A stretch of DNA of 64,000 nt from Dendrobates tinctorius (lineage: Eukaryota): assembly GCF_039654945.1 (NCBI RefSeq), contig NW_027362082.1, positions 496,001-560,000 of the forward strand, in the 5' to 3' direction. Both the position numbers and the translations under genes were made by a program. Under the pieces are notes generated by a model. It was not told the DNA's origin. It worked only from the letters and a program-made list of their open reading frames with translations, and made no database searches. Numbering within the stretch: the first letter of the stretch is position 1; every line of letters starts with the position of its first letter. Below, piece after piece: positions 1 through 11,815 of the stretch.

Positions 1-1850
1 CATTTAGTCCCCAATATTTTGTTTTCCCAAGGGTAACAGGAGAAATTGGACCCCAAAGGTTGTTGTCAAATTTGTCCTGAGTACGCTGATACCCAATATG
101 TGGGGGGGAACCACTGTTTAGGCACATGGCAGGGCTCAGAAGGGAAGGAGCCCCGTTTGACTTTTTCAACCTAAAATTGGCTGGAATTGAGATTGGACGC
201 CATGTCACGTTTGACGAGCGTCTGATGTGCCTAAACAGTGGAAACCCCCCACAAGTGACCCCATTTTGGAAACTAGACCCCCTAAGGAACTTATCTAGAT
301 GTGTGGTGACCACTTTGAACCCCCAAGGGCTTCACAGAAGTTTATAACACCCGGGCGTGAAAATAAAAAATCATATTTTTTCCACAAACATGATCATTTA
401 GTCCCCAATATTTTGTTTTCCCAAGAGTAACAGGAGAAATTGGACCCCAAAAGTTGTTGTCCAATTTGTCCTGAGTACCCTGATACCCCACATGTGGGAG
501 AAAACTACTGTTTGGGCACACGTCAGGGCTCGAAAGGGAAGTAATGACGTTTTGGAAAGCAGACTTTGATGGAATGGTCTGTGGGCATCATGTTCCATTT
601 GCAGAGCCCTTGATGTTCCTAAACAGTAGAAACCCCCAATAAGTGACCCCATTTTGGAAATTAGACCCCCTAAGGAACTTATCTAGATGTGTGGTGAGCA
701 CTTTGAACCCCCAAGTGTTTCACTAAAGATTATAATGCCCAGGCGTGAAAATATAAAATCCTGTTTTGTTCCCACATAAATGATCATTTAGTCCCCAATT
801 TTTAATTTTCCCAAGAGTAACAGGAGAAATTGGACCCCAAAAGTTGTTGTCCAATTTGTCCTGAGTACCCTGATACCCCACATGTGGGAGAAAACTACTG
901 TTTGGGCACACGTCAGGGCTCGAAAGGGAAGTAATGACGTTTTGGAAAGCAGACTTTGATGGAATGGTCTGCGGGCGTCATGTTCCATTTGCAGAGCCCT
1001 TGATGTTCCTAAACAGTAGAAACCCCCAATAAGTGACCCCATTTTGGAAACTAGACCCCCTAAGGAACTTATCTAGATGTGTGGTGAGCACTTTGAACCC
1101 CTAAGTGTTTCACTAAAGATTATAATGCCCAGGCGTGAAAATATAAAATCCTGTTTTGTTCCCACATAAATGATCATTTAGTCCCCAATTTTTAATTTTC
1201 CCAAGAGTAACAGGAGAAATTGGACCCCAAAAGTTGTTGTCCAATTTGTCCTGAGTACCCTGATACCCCACATGTGGGAGAAAACTACTGTTTGGGCACA
1301 CGTCAGGGCTCGAAAGGGAAGTAATGACGTTTTGGAAAGCAGACTTTGATGGAATGGTCTGCGGGCGTCATGTTCCATTTGCAGAGCCCTTGATGTTCCT
1401 AAACAGTAGAAACCCCCCATAAGTGACCCCATTTTGGAAACTAGACCCCCTAAGGAACTTATCTAGATGTGTGGTGAGCACTTTGAACCCCCAAGTGTTT
1501 CACTAAAGATTATAATGCCCAGGCGTGAAAATATAAAATCCTGTTTTGTTCCCACATAAATGATCATTTAGTCCCCAATTTTTAATTTTCCCAAGAGTAA
1601 CAGGAGAAATTGGACCCCAAAAGTCGTTGTCCAATTTGTCCTGGGTACTCTGGTACCCCACATGTGGGAAAAAACTGTTTAGGCACACGTTGGGGCTCGA
1701 AAGGGAAGTAGTGTTGTTTTGGAATGCAGACTTTGATGGTCTGCTGGCGTCATGTTCCATTTGCAGAGTCCCTGATGTGCCTAAACAGGAAAAAAACCCA
1801 CATATGACATCATTTTGGATACTAGACCCCCAATGAACAAATCTAGATGT
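1..1850. repeat. ~390-bp tandem array inside the piggyBac, 3' of the transposase
   Basis: CATTTAGTCCCC recurs at 1, 395, 785, 1175 and 1565; units 2-4 are near-identical. Confidence 0.95.
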
Positions 1851-1873
1851 GCCCCCAACTAATCTAATGCAAA

Positions 1874-3628
1874 TTAGTAGTGCATGGAGGTGTGGTACAA
1901 TTTGAAGCAATCCTTCATGCACAGGCCAGGTTTTTCGGGGCAGGTGTCGCACTGGTAAGTGGTGTCCCTGCGTATTCCTTTTTTGTAACACACTCGACAC
2001 CTTTTTTGCGGCTTACCTTTTCTTGGGGTTGGCGGGACCACCCCCGGAAAATGCTGACCTGGGACAATACGAGCACCTTCAGTTCCTGAAGCACTGGGGC
2101 CCGCTCCTTCCTGAGCGCCAAACATCATGGCCTTAACCACTACCTCCTGGAAATGAAGGTACGCCGTATCGCTGGGGCATGCACATTGTGACAGCAGGAA
2201 TGCGTTGAGCATTGCCATTTGGACGATGTGCACGGCCAGCTTTTTGTACCACACCTTGGCCTTCCTCAATGCATTGTACGGTTGGAGGAGTTGATCGGAG
2301 AGATCAACTCCCCCCATTTTTTTGTTGTACCCCACTACACATGTCGGTTTGAGGACCTGTGTAGAGGTACCCCGTACAGTGCAGAGGGTACTGCCATCAC
2401 CGTGTATGGTGGTCAAGAGATGGACATCTCTCTTGTCCTTGTACTTGACCACCAGCAGGTGGTCGCTACATTGGGCTCTGCTCTCACCTTTTCGGAGCAT
2501 CTGCCCAAGTAGCGTCTTCAGGAGGCCTCTCTGATTTTTGCGGACAGTACCGCAGGCTGCGGTACGTCGCTCAGAGAGGGATTTGTATAGTGGGATGCTG
2601 GTATAAAAGTTATCAGTGTAGAGGTGATAACCTTTATCCAGCAGTGGGTGCACCAAATCCCACACAATTTTCCCACTCACTCCCAGGAAAGGAGGACACT
2701 CAGGGGGTTCAATCCGGGTGTCCTTCCCTTCGTAAACTCTAAACTTGTGGGTGTACCCTGAGGTACTCTCACACAACTTATAGAGTTTGATTCCGTACCT
2801 GGCCCTCTTACTGGGCAGGTATTGACGGAATCGCAGCCTTCCCTTGAAGTGAACCAAGGACTCATCCACGCAGATGTCCCTTTGGGGCACGTACACTTCA
2901 GCAAACTTTTTGTTGAAGTGTTCGATGACCGGCCGAACTTTGAACAGACGGTCAAAGTTGGGGTCATCTTGTGCGGGACACGCTGCATTATCAGTATAAT
3001 GCAGAAACTTGTGGATGGCCTCAAAACGCGTCCGGGCCATGACCATTCGGAACACTGGAGTGTTGTATAAAATATCAACACTCCAATATTGCCGAATTTC
3101 CGGTTTCTTCAGTATCCCCATATGGAGGACCAGGCCCCAAAACTGCGTCATTTCAACTGCGTCTACAGGAGACCAGTTTGAAAATGTTGAAAGCGGGTTT
3201 TGCTCCAAAAATTGACGAGCGTACAAATTAGTTTGCTCCACCATGAGGTTAACAAAATCCTCAGAGAAAAAGACTTTGAAAAAGTCAATTTCTGTGAGGC
3301 CGGTGGTGTCAAACTTGATTCCTGATTCTGCCACAAAATCAGGAATCAGTGGCTCGTAATTTTCGGGGGGCGAGGTCCATACGGGGAGCACTGGGTCAGC
3401 TGCGGGCATGGTGGGCGCGGCCTCATCTTCTGTCCTGGAGCGTCTGCGTGGCGGTTCCGCAGGACCCGAGGAGGAAGATGAGGAGGGAGAAGAGGAAGAA
3501 GAAGAGGATGAAGAATCCGAAAAATAAAGAAAAGTCGGATCGTCATCCAAATCGCTATCAGTTTCGGAGGCAAGTAAAGCATATGCCTCCTCCACTGAAT
3601 AGCGCTGTTGGGATGAATTTGATGACAT
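1874..3628 (-). CDS. piggyBac transposase (PGBD4-like), 584 aa, uninterrupted
   Basis: Acidic/Ser-rich N-terminus; catalytic motifs ICVDESLVHFKG, YTDNFYTS, MGGVDLSDQ; C-terminal CRVC...CDTC...LCMKDCFKLYH Cys-rich domain. Confidence 0.96.
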   Translation of the reverse strand: MSSNSSQQRYSVEEAYALLASETDSDLDDDPTFLYFSDSSSSSSSSSPSSSSSSGPAEPPRRRSRTEDEAAPTMPAADPVLPVWTSPPENYEPLIPDFVAESGIKFDTTGLTEIDFFKVFFSEDFVNLMVEQTNLYARQFLEQNPLSTFSNWSPVDAVEMTQFWGLVLHMGILKKPEIRQYWSVDILYNTPVFRMVMARTRFEAIHKFLHYTDNAACPAQDDPNFDRLFKVRPVIEHFNKKFAEVYVPQRDICVDESLVHFKGRLRFRQYLPSKRARYGIKLYKLCESTSGYTHKFRVYEGKDTRIEPPECPPFLGVSGKIVWDLVHPLLDKGYHLYTDNFYTSIPLYKSLSERRTAACGTVRKNQRGLLKTLLGQMLRKGESRAQCSDHLLVVKYKDKRDVHLLTTIHGDGSTLCTVRGTSTQVLKPTCVVGYNKKMGGVDLSDQLLQPYNALRKAKVWYKKLAVHIVQMAMLNAFLLSQCACPSDTAYLHFQEVVVKAMMFGAQEGAGPSASGTEGARIVPGQHFPGVVPPTPRKGKPQKRCRVCYKKGIRRDTTYQCDTCPEKPGLCMKDCFKLYHTSMHY

Positions 3629-3865
3629 TTTTGTGTAAATATGGTGCTTGGGTGTACACTTTATTGAAAACTGTATGTGTACGTGAGGGGGGGGGGGGGA
3701 GTGATTGGTGTAAACTTTCTGTAAAGAAAAAGCTGTGGAAAAAAGTATAAAACAGCAGGCCCTAGCTGATAAGTGTCACTTATCAAAACTAGGCTGCTGG
3801 ATGTGCGCACGGGGTGGCGCAAGGGGGGGGTGGAAAAAAAAAAAAAAGGAAAACGGCAAACTCTG

Positions 3866-4420
3866 ATAAGTGAACTGTGTCACTTATCCAAGTTTCGCAG
3901 CTGCGGGATGTGTGTACGGAGGGGCTAAGGAAAAAAAAGCGAGCTCAAGTGTTGATCGGTGAACTGCGTCACCAATCAACGCTCGGCGGCTGCGCACGGA
4001 GGTGGCGCAAAAGTGGGGTGGAGGGGGGTAAAAATAGGGGGAAGGGGGATGGGGGGATTGGGGTGGAAGAAGAGAGATTGGGCAGGGATCAACAGTTAGG
4101 GTTGTAGTTAGGTGGCACAAAGGGGGGTGAAAAAAATGAAAAACGGCAGGCACAAGCTTGGATAAGTGACGTGTGTCACTTATCCAACTTTTGCGGCTGC
4201 GGAATGTGTGAACGGAAGTGGCGCAAAGGGGGCTAAGGAAAAAAAAGCGAGCGCGAGTGTTGATCGGTGAACTGCGTCACCGATCAACGCTCGCCGGCTG
4301 CGCACGGAGGTGACGCAAAAGTGGGGTGGAGGGGGGTAAAAGGGGGGTAAGAGGGGGGGTGGAGGGGGGATGAAGATAGATTGGGGGGGTGAAGATAGAT
4401 TGGGCAGGGGATCAGGGATC
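3866..4420. repeat. ~295-bp G-rich direct duplication in the piggyBac 5' region
   Basis: GATAAGTGA..TGTGTCACTTATCCAA...GTGTTGATCGGTGAACTGCGTCACC occurs at ~3866 and ~4161, with a partial third copy at ~3768. Confidence 0.8.
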
Positions 4421-4539
4421 AATTAACACTTACAATTGTAGTTTTCTTTCTTCTTCTTCTTCTTTCTTCTGCAGGGATTGTGATGCTACAAGCTGTGGCA
4501 CCACAATACCCAGCACAGGAGCTCTTGCTGCGTCCGACT

Positions 4540-5363
4540 TCTCTGCAGGAATCCTCAGCTAGAGTGAGGACCCCTGCAGACAGGTCAGACAGGTCAGAGG
4601 CAGGTCAGGGGGCAGGTCACAGAGCGGTCACATCGCTGCTGTGACCTGTCATTGGTGGGATCGAATGATTACATCGATCCCACCAATCCCTGATCTGCCT
4701 GGTGACCATGGCAACTGCCTAGAATCGGAGCTCACAGCTCCGATTACTAGGCAGGTCATGCCCAGGTCACCAGCAGGGCACAGAGCGATCACATGGTGAC
4801 CGCAGCTGTGCCCTGTGGTTGGCGCGATCGCCGATCTAATCGATCGCGCCAGCCAACTCCTGCAGGCCCTACTGGGCCTGCATCAGGCTCCAGCATGATC
4901 GGTGCTAATATAGCACCGATCCTGGCCGGTTCTGGCAGGGCACAGCGGCGATATAGCGCCGCTGTGCACTGCGATTGGCGCGATCGATCAGATCGGCGAT
5001 CGCGCCAATCCGGGTGCTTTTTGCCGGTGCCTGGCGTTGCCAGGCACCGGCTCTAGGATCGAGTACATCGGTACTCGATCCCCGCCTAGGACATCATTGT
5101 TTCAGCCAAGCTGATTGGCTGAAACAATGAGAAACGCTGCGATTGGCTGTTCAGAATTGAACAGCCAATCACAGCGCTCTGGATGCCGGGGGGGGCGGGA
5201 TCGCAGCCCGGGATGCCGACGCCATCTTTTCTAAGGTGAGATGGCGTCGGAATTTTAATGCGATCACCGCGACTTTAGTCGCGGTATCGCATTAAAGGGC
5301 CCGACGTACTATCCCGTCCCCGGTCATACGGGCCCGGGTACCGTGGACGGGATAGTACGTCGG
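4540..5363. repeat. Serial array of short inverted repeats (hairpins) at the piggyBac 5' end
   Basis: e.g. 4651-4664/4674-4687, 4898-4907/4911-4920, 5023-5051, 5095-5129, 5301-5363. Confidence 0.9.
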
Positions 5364-5589
5364 ATGGCAGGAAGGGGTTAATAATGGGGCCTGATTAGGA
5401 ACTACTGAAATGATCAAACTCCACAGTCTCCATCAGTACTAAATGAGTAACTAGTGGTGAAACCTCTCTGGTGTAACTAGAGTATGGGTCTCGGAGACTT
5501 CACAATCTATACTATCCTAAGCTCCAATATTTTCTGTCAGATGAGTTTCAAGAAGAAATATTAGGCATTTAAAGAGAACTGTGTATAAG

Positions 5590-6470
5590 GCCGGTTTCAC
5601 ACGTCCTGATATTTCCGGTACCGGAGATGTCCATGTGTGTAATACTTGTGGCACATGTGTGACAACCGTGTGCCGCCCTAGTGCAGCATCAGTACCACAA
5701 GGACGGCCGACAGGGAAGAAGCGCTACAGTAAGCGCTGTTCCCCGGCAGCGGGTGCTGAAGACGCTCACATCATTCTCCCCTGCTCTGCCGGCGGGGAGA
5801 ATAATGATAGTTATATTAAAGTAAGAATGATGACTATTACTCCCATCAACCTACACCTGATGCTAAGAACAATGACAGCAGGAGCAGATGATGGGAGTAT
5901 TCCTCACCCGCCGCCTGCGCTATAACTAAATAAAGGAATGAAAAAACGGCGTGCGTTCCCTTTTATTTTCTATAACCAGTCCGGAAAAACTCACAACTGG
6001 GGGCTGCAACCCTCATCTGTCAGCTTTGGCAAGGCTGGTTTTCAAGAATAGAGGGGTCCAAACAGTTTTTTTAATTAATTAAATAATTTAAAAAAACGGC
6101 GTGAGTTCCCCTCCATTTTTGACAACCAGCCTTGCTAAAGCTGACAACTGGGGGCTAGTATTCTCAGGCTTGTAAGGGGCCATAGATATTGACCCCCCAG
6201 CCTAAAAATAGCAGCCTGCAGCTGCCCAGAAAAGGAAAATCTATTAAATGCGCCTATTCTGGTGCTTTGCCCGGCTCTTCCCACTTGCCCTGTAGTGATG
6301 GCAAGTGGGCTTCTTATTTGTGGGGTTGTATTGTCAGGTGACATCAAGCCCACGGCTTAGTAATGGAGAGTAAGACACCTATCCATTACTAATCCTATAG
6401 ATATATGGTAAATAAATCACAGCCAGAATAAAGTCTTTTATTAGAGATAAAACAAAACACAGGGTAAGTA
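5590..6470. mobile_element. Harbinger/PIF-type MITE fragment (left end)
   Basis: TAA|GGCCGGTTTCACACG start matches the TIR of the complete MITEs at 41406 and 52901; right end not found. Confidence 0.45.
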
Positions 6471-6529
6471 GGAAGAGCCGGGCAAAGTGTCGGAATTTCT
6501 GGGTTTTCTGGGCAGCTGCGGGCTGGTTA

Positions 6530-7158
6530 TTGTTTAATCTGTATTTGTAGTTTTCAGTTAATGAGATTCTTGTGCTTCGGGGTGGGATTGTGGGAGTGGC
6601 TGTGGGTTGGGCTGTGGGAGGGGCCTTATGTGGTGCTCTGCATATATATTCATCTGTATTGGCTTATGACACTGACCCTTCAGTGACCTGCCCTCTATTT
6701 TACATAAAAAATTACATCCAGAAAAATGTCACCGGCGATGGTGGCGCCTGCGCAGTACCATCTATAAGTAAGAGATAGATGCTACTGGCCAGGCGCCGCC
6801 AGTGTCATTTGTAATTTCTTTTTTCTAAGCCTCACAATAGCCACAATATTATAGGCATAATCACCAATAATATCAACACTATTATATGCATTATGTAATA
6901 ATGTGGGCAGGTCAGTGAGGGGTCAGCGACCTGTCATAAGCCAATACAGATGCATATGTAAACAGACCATCATATAAAGCTCCGCCCACAGCCCCGCCCC
7001 AGAGCACGAGAATCTCATTAACTGAAGACTACAAATACAGATTAAACATAAACCACAAGACGGATTTCATCACCAGGTATCACTGTAATCAGTATAACGA
7101 CGCTGACCTGAGTGTCTGTAGGTTACTGTGCACAATCCGGCTGACAGGATCCCTTTAA
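6530..7158. mobile_element. T2/Kolobok-type MITE, partial
   Basis: Ends TGACAGGATCCCT|TTAA; internal inverted arms (6533-6570 vs 7010-7045); related pieces at ~30445-30515, 33115-33210 and 43380-43590. Confidence 0.6.
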
Positions 7159-7660
7159 ATTTAGATCTTAGGCATTTGGAAGAGGCAATGGAGAGATTTT
7201 TTTCAAGACTATCAGGGAGTTACAGACTCACATTAGGCAGGAAGGCCGATCCCACCACAATCAAACTATCATACAGAATGAACAGGTTATAAAAAAAAGA
7301 CAGAATAAAAAAATATGTTACATCCCCAACAACGTATGTACAAGGGGAGAACACTAAACGAGTTGCACTCATTTATGGTGGACCATTGCAGCCACTATGA
7401 GTCCTGACCGGAGGAGTAGAGAAAGTATTAGCGCCCCCATTTCAGGAGAGATTGTGCAGTTATCTGAATTCCTTAGGATGGAAAACATATTGGAATTCAT
7501 GACGTTTAGTAAATCTATGACACCAGGGCTGGAGCCAACACATCTCCTGCAGGCGGGAATAAATGTATATTACAGCCATCAGCCACACACAGCTTAGAGA
7601 TCTATCATGGCACAGGTGGAATGTTTGTCCTGGAGATTATCACAATCCTCCTTGAAATTA

Positions 7661-9025
7661 CTGTATTTTTTGGACCATAAGACGCACCTAGGTTTTAGAG
7701 AATGAAATTAGGAAAAAAAATTGAAGCAAAAAATGTGGTCAATTCTGTACTTAATATCCCCTATCCTGGTATATATGGTCCCCTCATACCCATTCTGATA
7801 CACATGGCCCACTCATCTCTATCCTGGTATGCATGGCCTCATCCCAATCCTGGTATGCAGGGTCCCCATCTTGTCCTGGTATGCATGATCCCATCCCTAT
7901 CCTGGTATGCAGAGCTCCCATCTTGTCCTGGTATGCATGGTCCCATCCCTATCCTTGTATGCAGGGTCCCCATCTCGTTCTAGTATGCATGGTCCCATCC
8001 CTATCCTTGTATGCAGGGTCCCCATCTCGTTCTAGTATGCATGGTCCCATCCCAATCCTGGTATGCAGGGTCCCCATCTTGTCCTAGTAGGCATGGCCCC
8101 ATCTCATCCTGGTATGCAGGGCCCCATCTCATCCTAGTATGCATGGCACCTCATCGCTATCCTGGTATGCATGGCCCCATCATCCCTATCCTGGAAAGCA
8201 TGGCCCCAACCTTATCCTGGTATGCATGGACCCCATCTCGTCCTGGTATTCAGTGACTTATTTCGTCCTGGTATGTAGGGCCCCATCCTTATAAGAAGCC
8301 CCCACCCCCATTCCTATCCTGGTGTGCATGGCCCATCACAAAACATTAAAAAAAAAACCAAACCATTACGCTTACCTCTGGTGCCAGCATCTGCTATTTG
8401 CTTGTAAGCAGCGCTGAGAACAGTGAGCATTCATGAATATTCATTTCTCTTAAGTAGCGGCACACGTGACCGCCGGTAGCAGCAGGAAGCCGGTGGCTGA
8501 CACTGCGCGCTACTGAAGAGCAATGAATACTCACTGCCCTTTGCGTGCACGTCCCTGCCATGCGCTGCTTACAAGCATATAGCAGTTGCTGGCACCGGAG
8601 CAGGACGCTGCGAGGGAGCGCGGGGTAAGTGTAATGATTTGTTTTTTAATGTTTTCTGATGGGACCATGGATACCAGGATGGGGACGGGGGTGGGGGCCA
8701 ATTATAAGGATGGGGCCATGCATACCAGGACCGGGGTTAGGGGCTAATCATCTCAAGATACTATTATTAAAGAGAAATGAATATTCATTGCCCTCCAAGC
8801 CCATGGGCGTGTAATGCAGTGAATATTCATTTCTCTTTAGCAGCGGGAACAAGATTTAGCCGCAGTCACCGGCTCCAGCCTCCTGTGACCCGCTGCTCCG
8901 CTGATGCAGTTCCCTCACCTCCACACCAAAGCCAGAGCCGGTACATCCGGACTATAAGACGCAACCCCCATTTTCCTCCACATTTTTGAAGGATAAAAGT
9001 GTGTCTTATAGTCCGAAAAATACGG
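7661..9025. mobile_element. Tc2/pogo-like non-autonomous element with internal ~30-bp tandem repeat (7755-8330)
   Basis: TA|CTGTATTTTTTGGACCATAAGACGCAC ... GTGTCTTATAGTCCGAAAAATACGG|TA TIRs with TA TSD; internal ATCCTGGTATGCATGGCCCCATC-type repeats. Confidence 0.8.
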
Positions 9026-9607
9026 TAGTTTTAATACAAATTGGAAAGTCAGGATAAAGGGAAACTCTGCTGTTATTGTACAGAAATTCACACTTGGCCT
9101 CACTGCACATTTACTGTTGTGGATCATAAAAGAGATGTTTGGCCAGAAAGACTGGACCTGGTCTTGTAGGGACCATGAGACATTCAGCAGCACAGAAGGG
9201 AGAGAAGATTCATCCGATAAGATCTCAGGGATCTAGGAAGCCAACAGCATCATTACCCTCCGCTTTCTCTTACAGGCCCAGCATAAGATTTTTCTACAAG
9301 TGATTTTCTATCTTGTCAGCACATTCTACGTACGCTGTCATTTGGATTTAGTTACAGATCTGGGCAGGTAACAGTCAGCGTCTCCTAATCCCAGGGGGTA
9401 GGTGGATCTACCAGGTTGTAAGTTCTATAGAAAAGGGATTTCAATGTCCAAAATCAATGAACAGTTTTGGGTGGAGGAGAATGTTGTGGTACTAGAGGCA
9501 AAATGGTGATCATGGTAATACGGCCGGACTACACCACCGATAAAGCAACCACAGCCGGTGACTGAGAGGAATCTGTGACTTCTCTACATTCAGTGGTTAC
9601 TACTCAC

Positions 9608-10670
9608 CTGGGTAGTCATATGTGGGAATCTCCTCTTTACACCGCTCATCATCTCTTACATATGTCTCTGTAGTATTAATATGGGTCAGATCTTCACCCT
9701 GAAACAAATATTGTAAAAGTCACCGACAGATGGAGAAGTCCCATCTATGATCAGCTCTAATCCTGCCATCTCCACCGTTCTCATTACACAGGTATAAAAC
9801 ATATAACACTGGTGGATAAAACAAGACTGAGCACAAGACCTTCACAGCCGTCTACACATCATAGGGGAGATCTCCTGACACCTTCTCTCCATCTACCTGA
9901 TGATCCTGAGGAGCACTGGGATCCTCTTGTTTACAGTCCTGTGGAAGAAGAGGACGGGGACATCTCTCTGGTGTTGTCCTCTTACTGGATAGATCTGGAG
10001 GAAACACATACAGGGACTGAATTCATTCTCTACATACAGATAATTATAGGCCGTGTGTATTTAGCCCTGTCTATTACCTGGAGATGTGAGGCGCTGGGGA
10101 ACCTCCATTATGACGTTCTTGTACAGATCGCTGTGTCCTTCTAAATACTCCCACTCCTCCATGGAGAAATAGACAGCGACCTCCTGACACCTTATAGGAA
10201 CCTGACACATACAATGATACCGTCATCCCCCGATCCCTTCATAGTGTTTCTGTATAATGTCCCAGCATTCCCAGCAGTGTCACCTCTCCAGTCAGCAGCT
10301 CAATCATCTTGTAGAGGAGTTCTAGGATCTTCTGGTCATTGATATCCTCACGGATTAGGGGGTGAGGTGGAGGCCCCGTGATTGGGCTCAGGGGTCTTCC
10401 AGATCCCTCAGACACAGGGTCCTGACAGCGATCACTAGAGGTCTTCTTCACCACTGTGTAATCCTGGTTATGGAGAGACACATTAATAAATCTCACTACA
10501 GACATTTCCAGAGTCCTCCCCTCTCCAGTTCTGTCCATATGTTATTCCCATAGATAAGAATGATAGAATGTGACGTCATCAGAATCTCTCACCTCTCCAG
10601 TGAGACGGAAGAGGATCTCTAGGGTGAGGTGTAACATTCTCTCCGCCATCTTGTCTCTGTCCATACCCAT
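9608..10670 (-). CDS. KRAB zinc-finger gene 1, N-terminal coding exons (10670-10593, 10463-10284, 10201-10078 KRAB-A, 9994-9897, 9698-9608); no C2H2 exon in window
   Basis: GT-AG introns; exons 78/180/124/98/91 bp, all open; KRAB-A-like [33 protein letters not shown]; amphibian oocyte/gastrula ZF-type N-terminus MDRDKMAERMLHLTLEILFRLTGE. Confidence 0.9.
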
Positions 10671-11222
10671 CCTTGATGGGTAAATCAAGAATATTTTCTT
10701 TTGTAGAAGATCCTCACTGAGAGGATCCGATATTGTAGAGACCTGAATGAGAAGAAGATGATGCGATGTAACACTGTGCTTGAGAGCGGGCCCACCTGGA
10801 GCTACTGTCAGGGCTGGCGTTTTTACTTCACATGTATCAGAGTGCAGGGAGTGAGTCATGTAACCACTCTTCTGCAGTTTGTGGAGGAGAGGGGGAAGGA
10901 AGGTTACCCACCCAATCCAGGATGAGCGCGCTCTCCTTCAAAGCTCCCTGCTGCAGAGAAGTCATCAGCCCCAAAAGCCTGGACGCAGCGGGGCTTGCTC
11001 TGCCTCTGACTGTGAGCTGAGCTCACTGTCTGCACTCTTCTGCTTCTGTCTGGAAGGAGCCTGACAGCCAAGGAGGCTAGGAGCAGCACCGAGGACCAGG
11101 GACACACTGGACACAGCATGAGGACTGATGAGTGTCTTGGCACATGTCATTTACTATTTGATATGTCTAATCTGTTGGTCGAATATATACATACAGATAT
11201 ATAAAGCAATGAAGGTTCTTAA

Positions 11223-11769
11223 AGGGGTTGTCCACTACTTTAAATTAACCCCCCAATGTATCCCCCTGGCGCCCCTAATGAATTTTGTAAATACCTCATG
11301 TTGCCTATACTGCCTGTGAGCGTCGCTATCGCTGGCCGCTCACAGGCAGCACATGACCCCTGGCTGCAGCCGGCTCTTGCTTCCGCTGACGTCCCGACAA
11401 GTGCTGGCAGCAGCCGGGGGTCCATCTTCCTCCTTCCGCGCTGGCTGCCAGGCTGTGGGAGCGATTATCCCCCCGCATCACACCCGGCATCCACCAAGCG
11501 CCCATTCATTGAGAAAGCGCGCAGTGGATGCTGGGTGGATGCTGGGTGTGACCCCGGGGGTAACCCCGCCCACAACCCAGCAGCCACTGCGGGGACCCAG
11601 CGCTGAGTCACGCCTCACTTGTGACATCAGCGCTGGGTTACGTGCTGCCTGTGAGCGGCCAGCGATAACGCCACTCACAGGCAGTATAGGCAACATGAGG
11701 TATTTACAAAATTCATTAGGGGCCTGGGGGGATACTTTGGGGGTTAATTTAATGTAGTGGACAACCCCT
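11223..11769. mobile_element. T2/Kolobok MITE, complete
   Basis: TTAA|AGGGGTTGTCCACTAC ... GTAGTGGACAACCCCT|TTAA, with ~130-bp inverted arms. Confidence 0.9.
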
Positions 11770-11815
11770 TTAAACTTTTATGTCTTGTTTATCCTGCAAG
11801 CTGGACAGAGACTAA

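Larger units (their letters stand above)
1..5377 (-). mobile_element. Autonomous-type piggyBac DNA transposon (left end beyond window)
   Basis: Right terminus GAAGGGG followed by TTAA (5378-5381); subterminal 19-bp inverted repeat 5301-5319/5345-5363; intact transposase ORF; internal ~390-bp array shared with the TTAA-flanked elements at 13086 and 47593. Confidence 0.9.

Noticed and set aside
126-2000. Recurrent 60-165-aa ORFs in the 390-bp arrays (also 13.5-15.8 kb and 48-50 kb)
   Set aside because: Repeat because the DNA repeats; frames are not conserved between units and no domain is recognisable.
7755-8330. CRISPR-like regular ~30-bp repeats (also 28049-28177)
   Set aside because: Head-to-tail tandem units with no unique spacers, no cas genes, and a vertebrate context.
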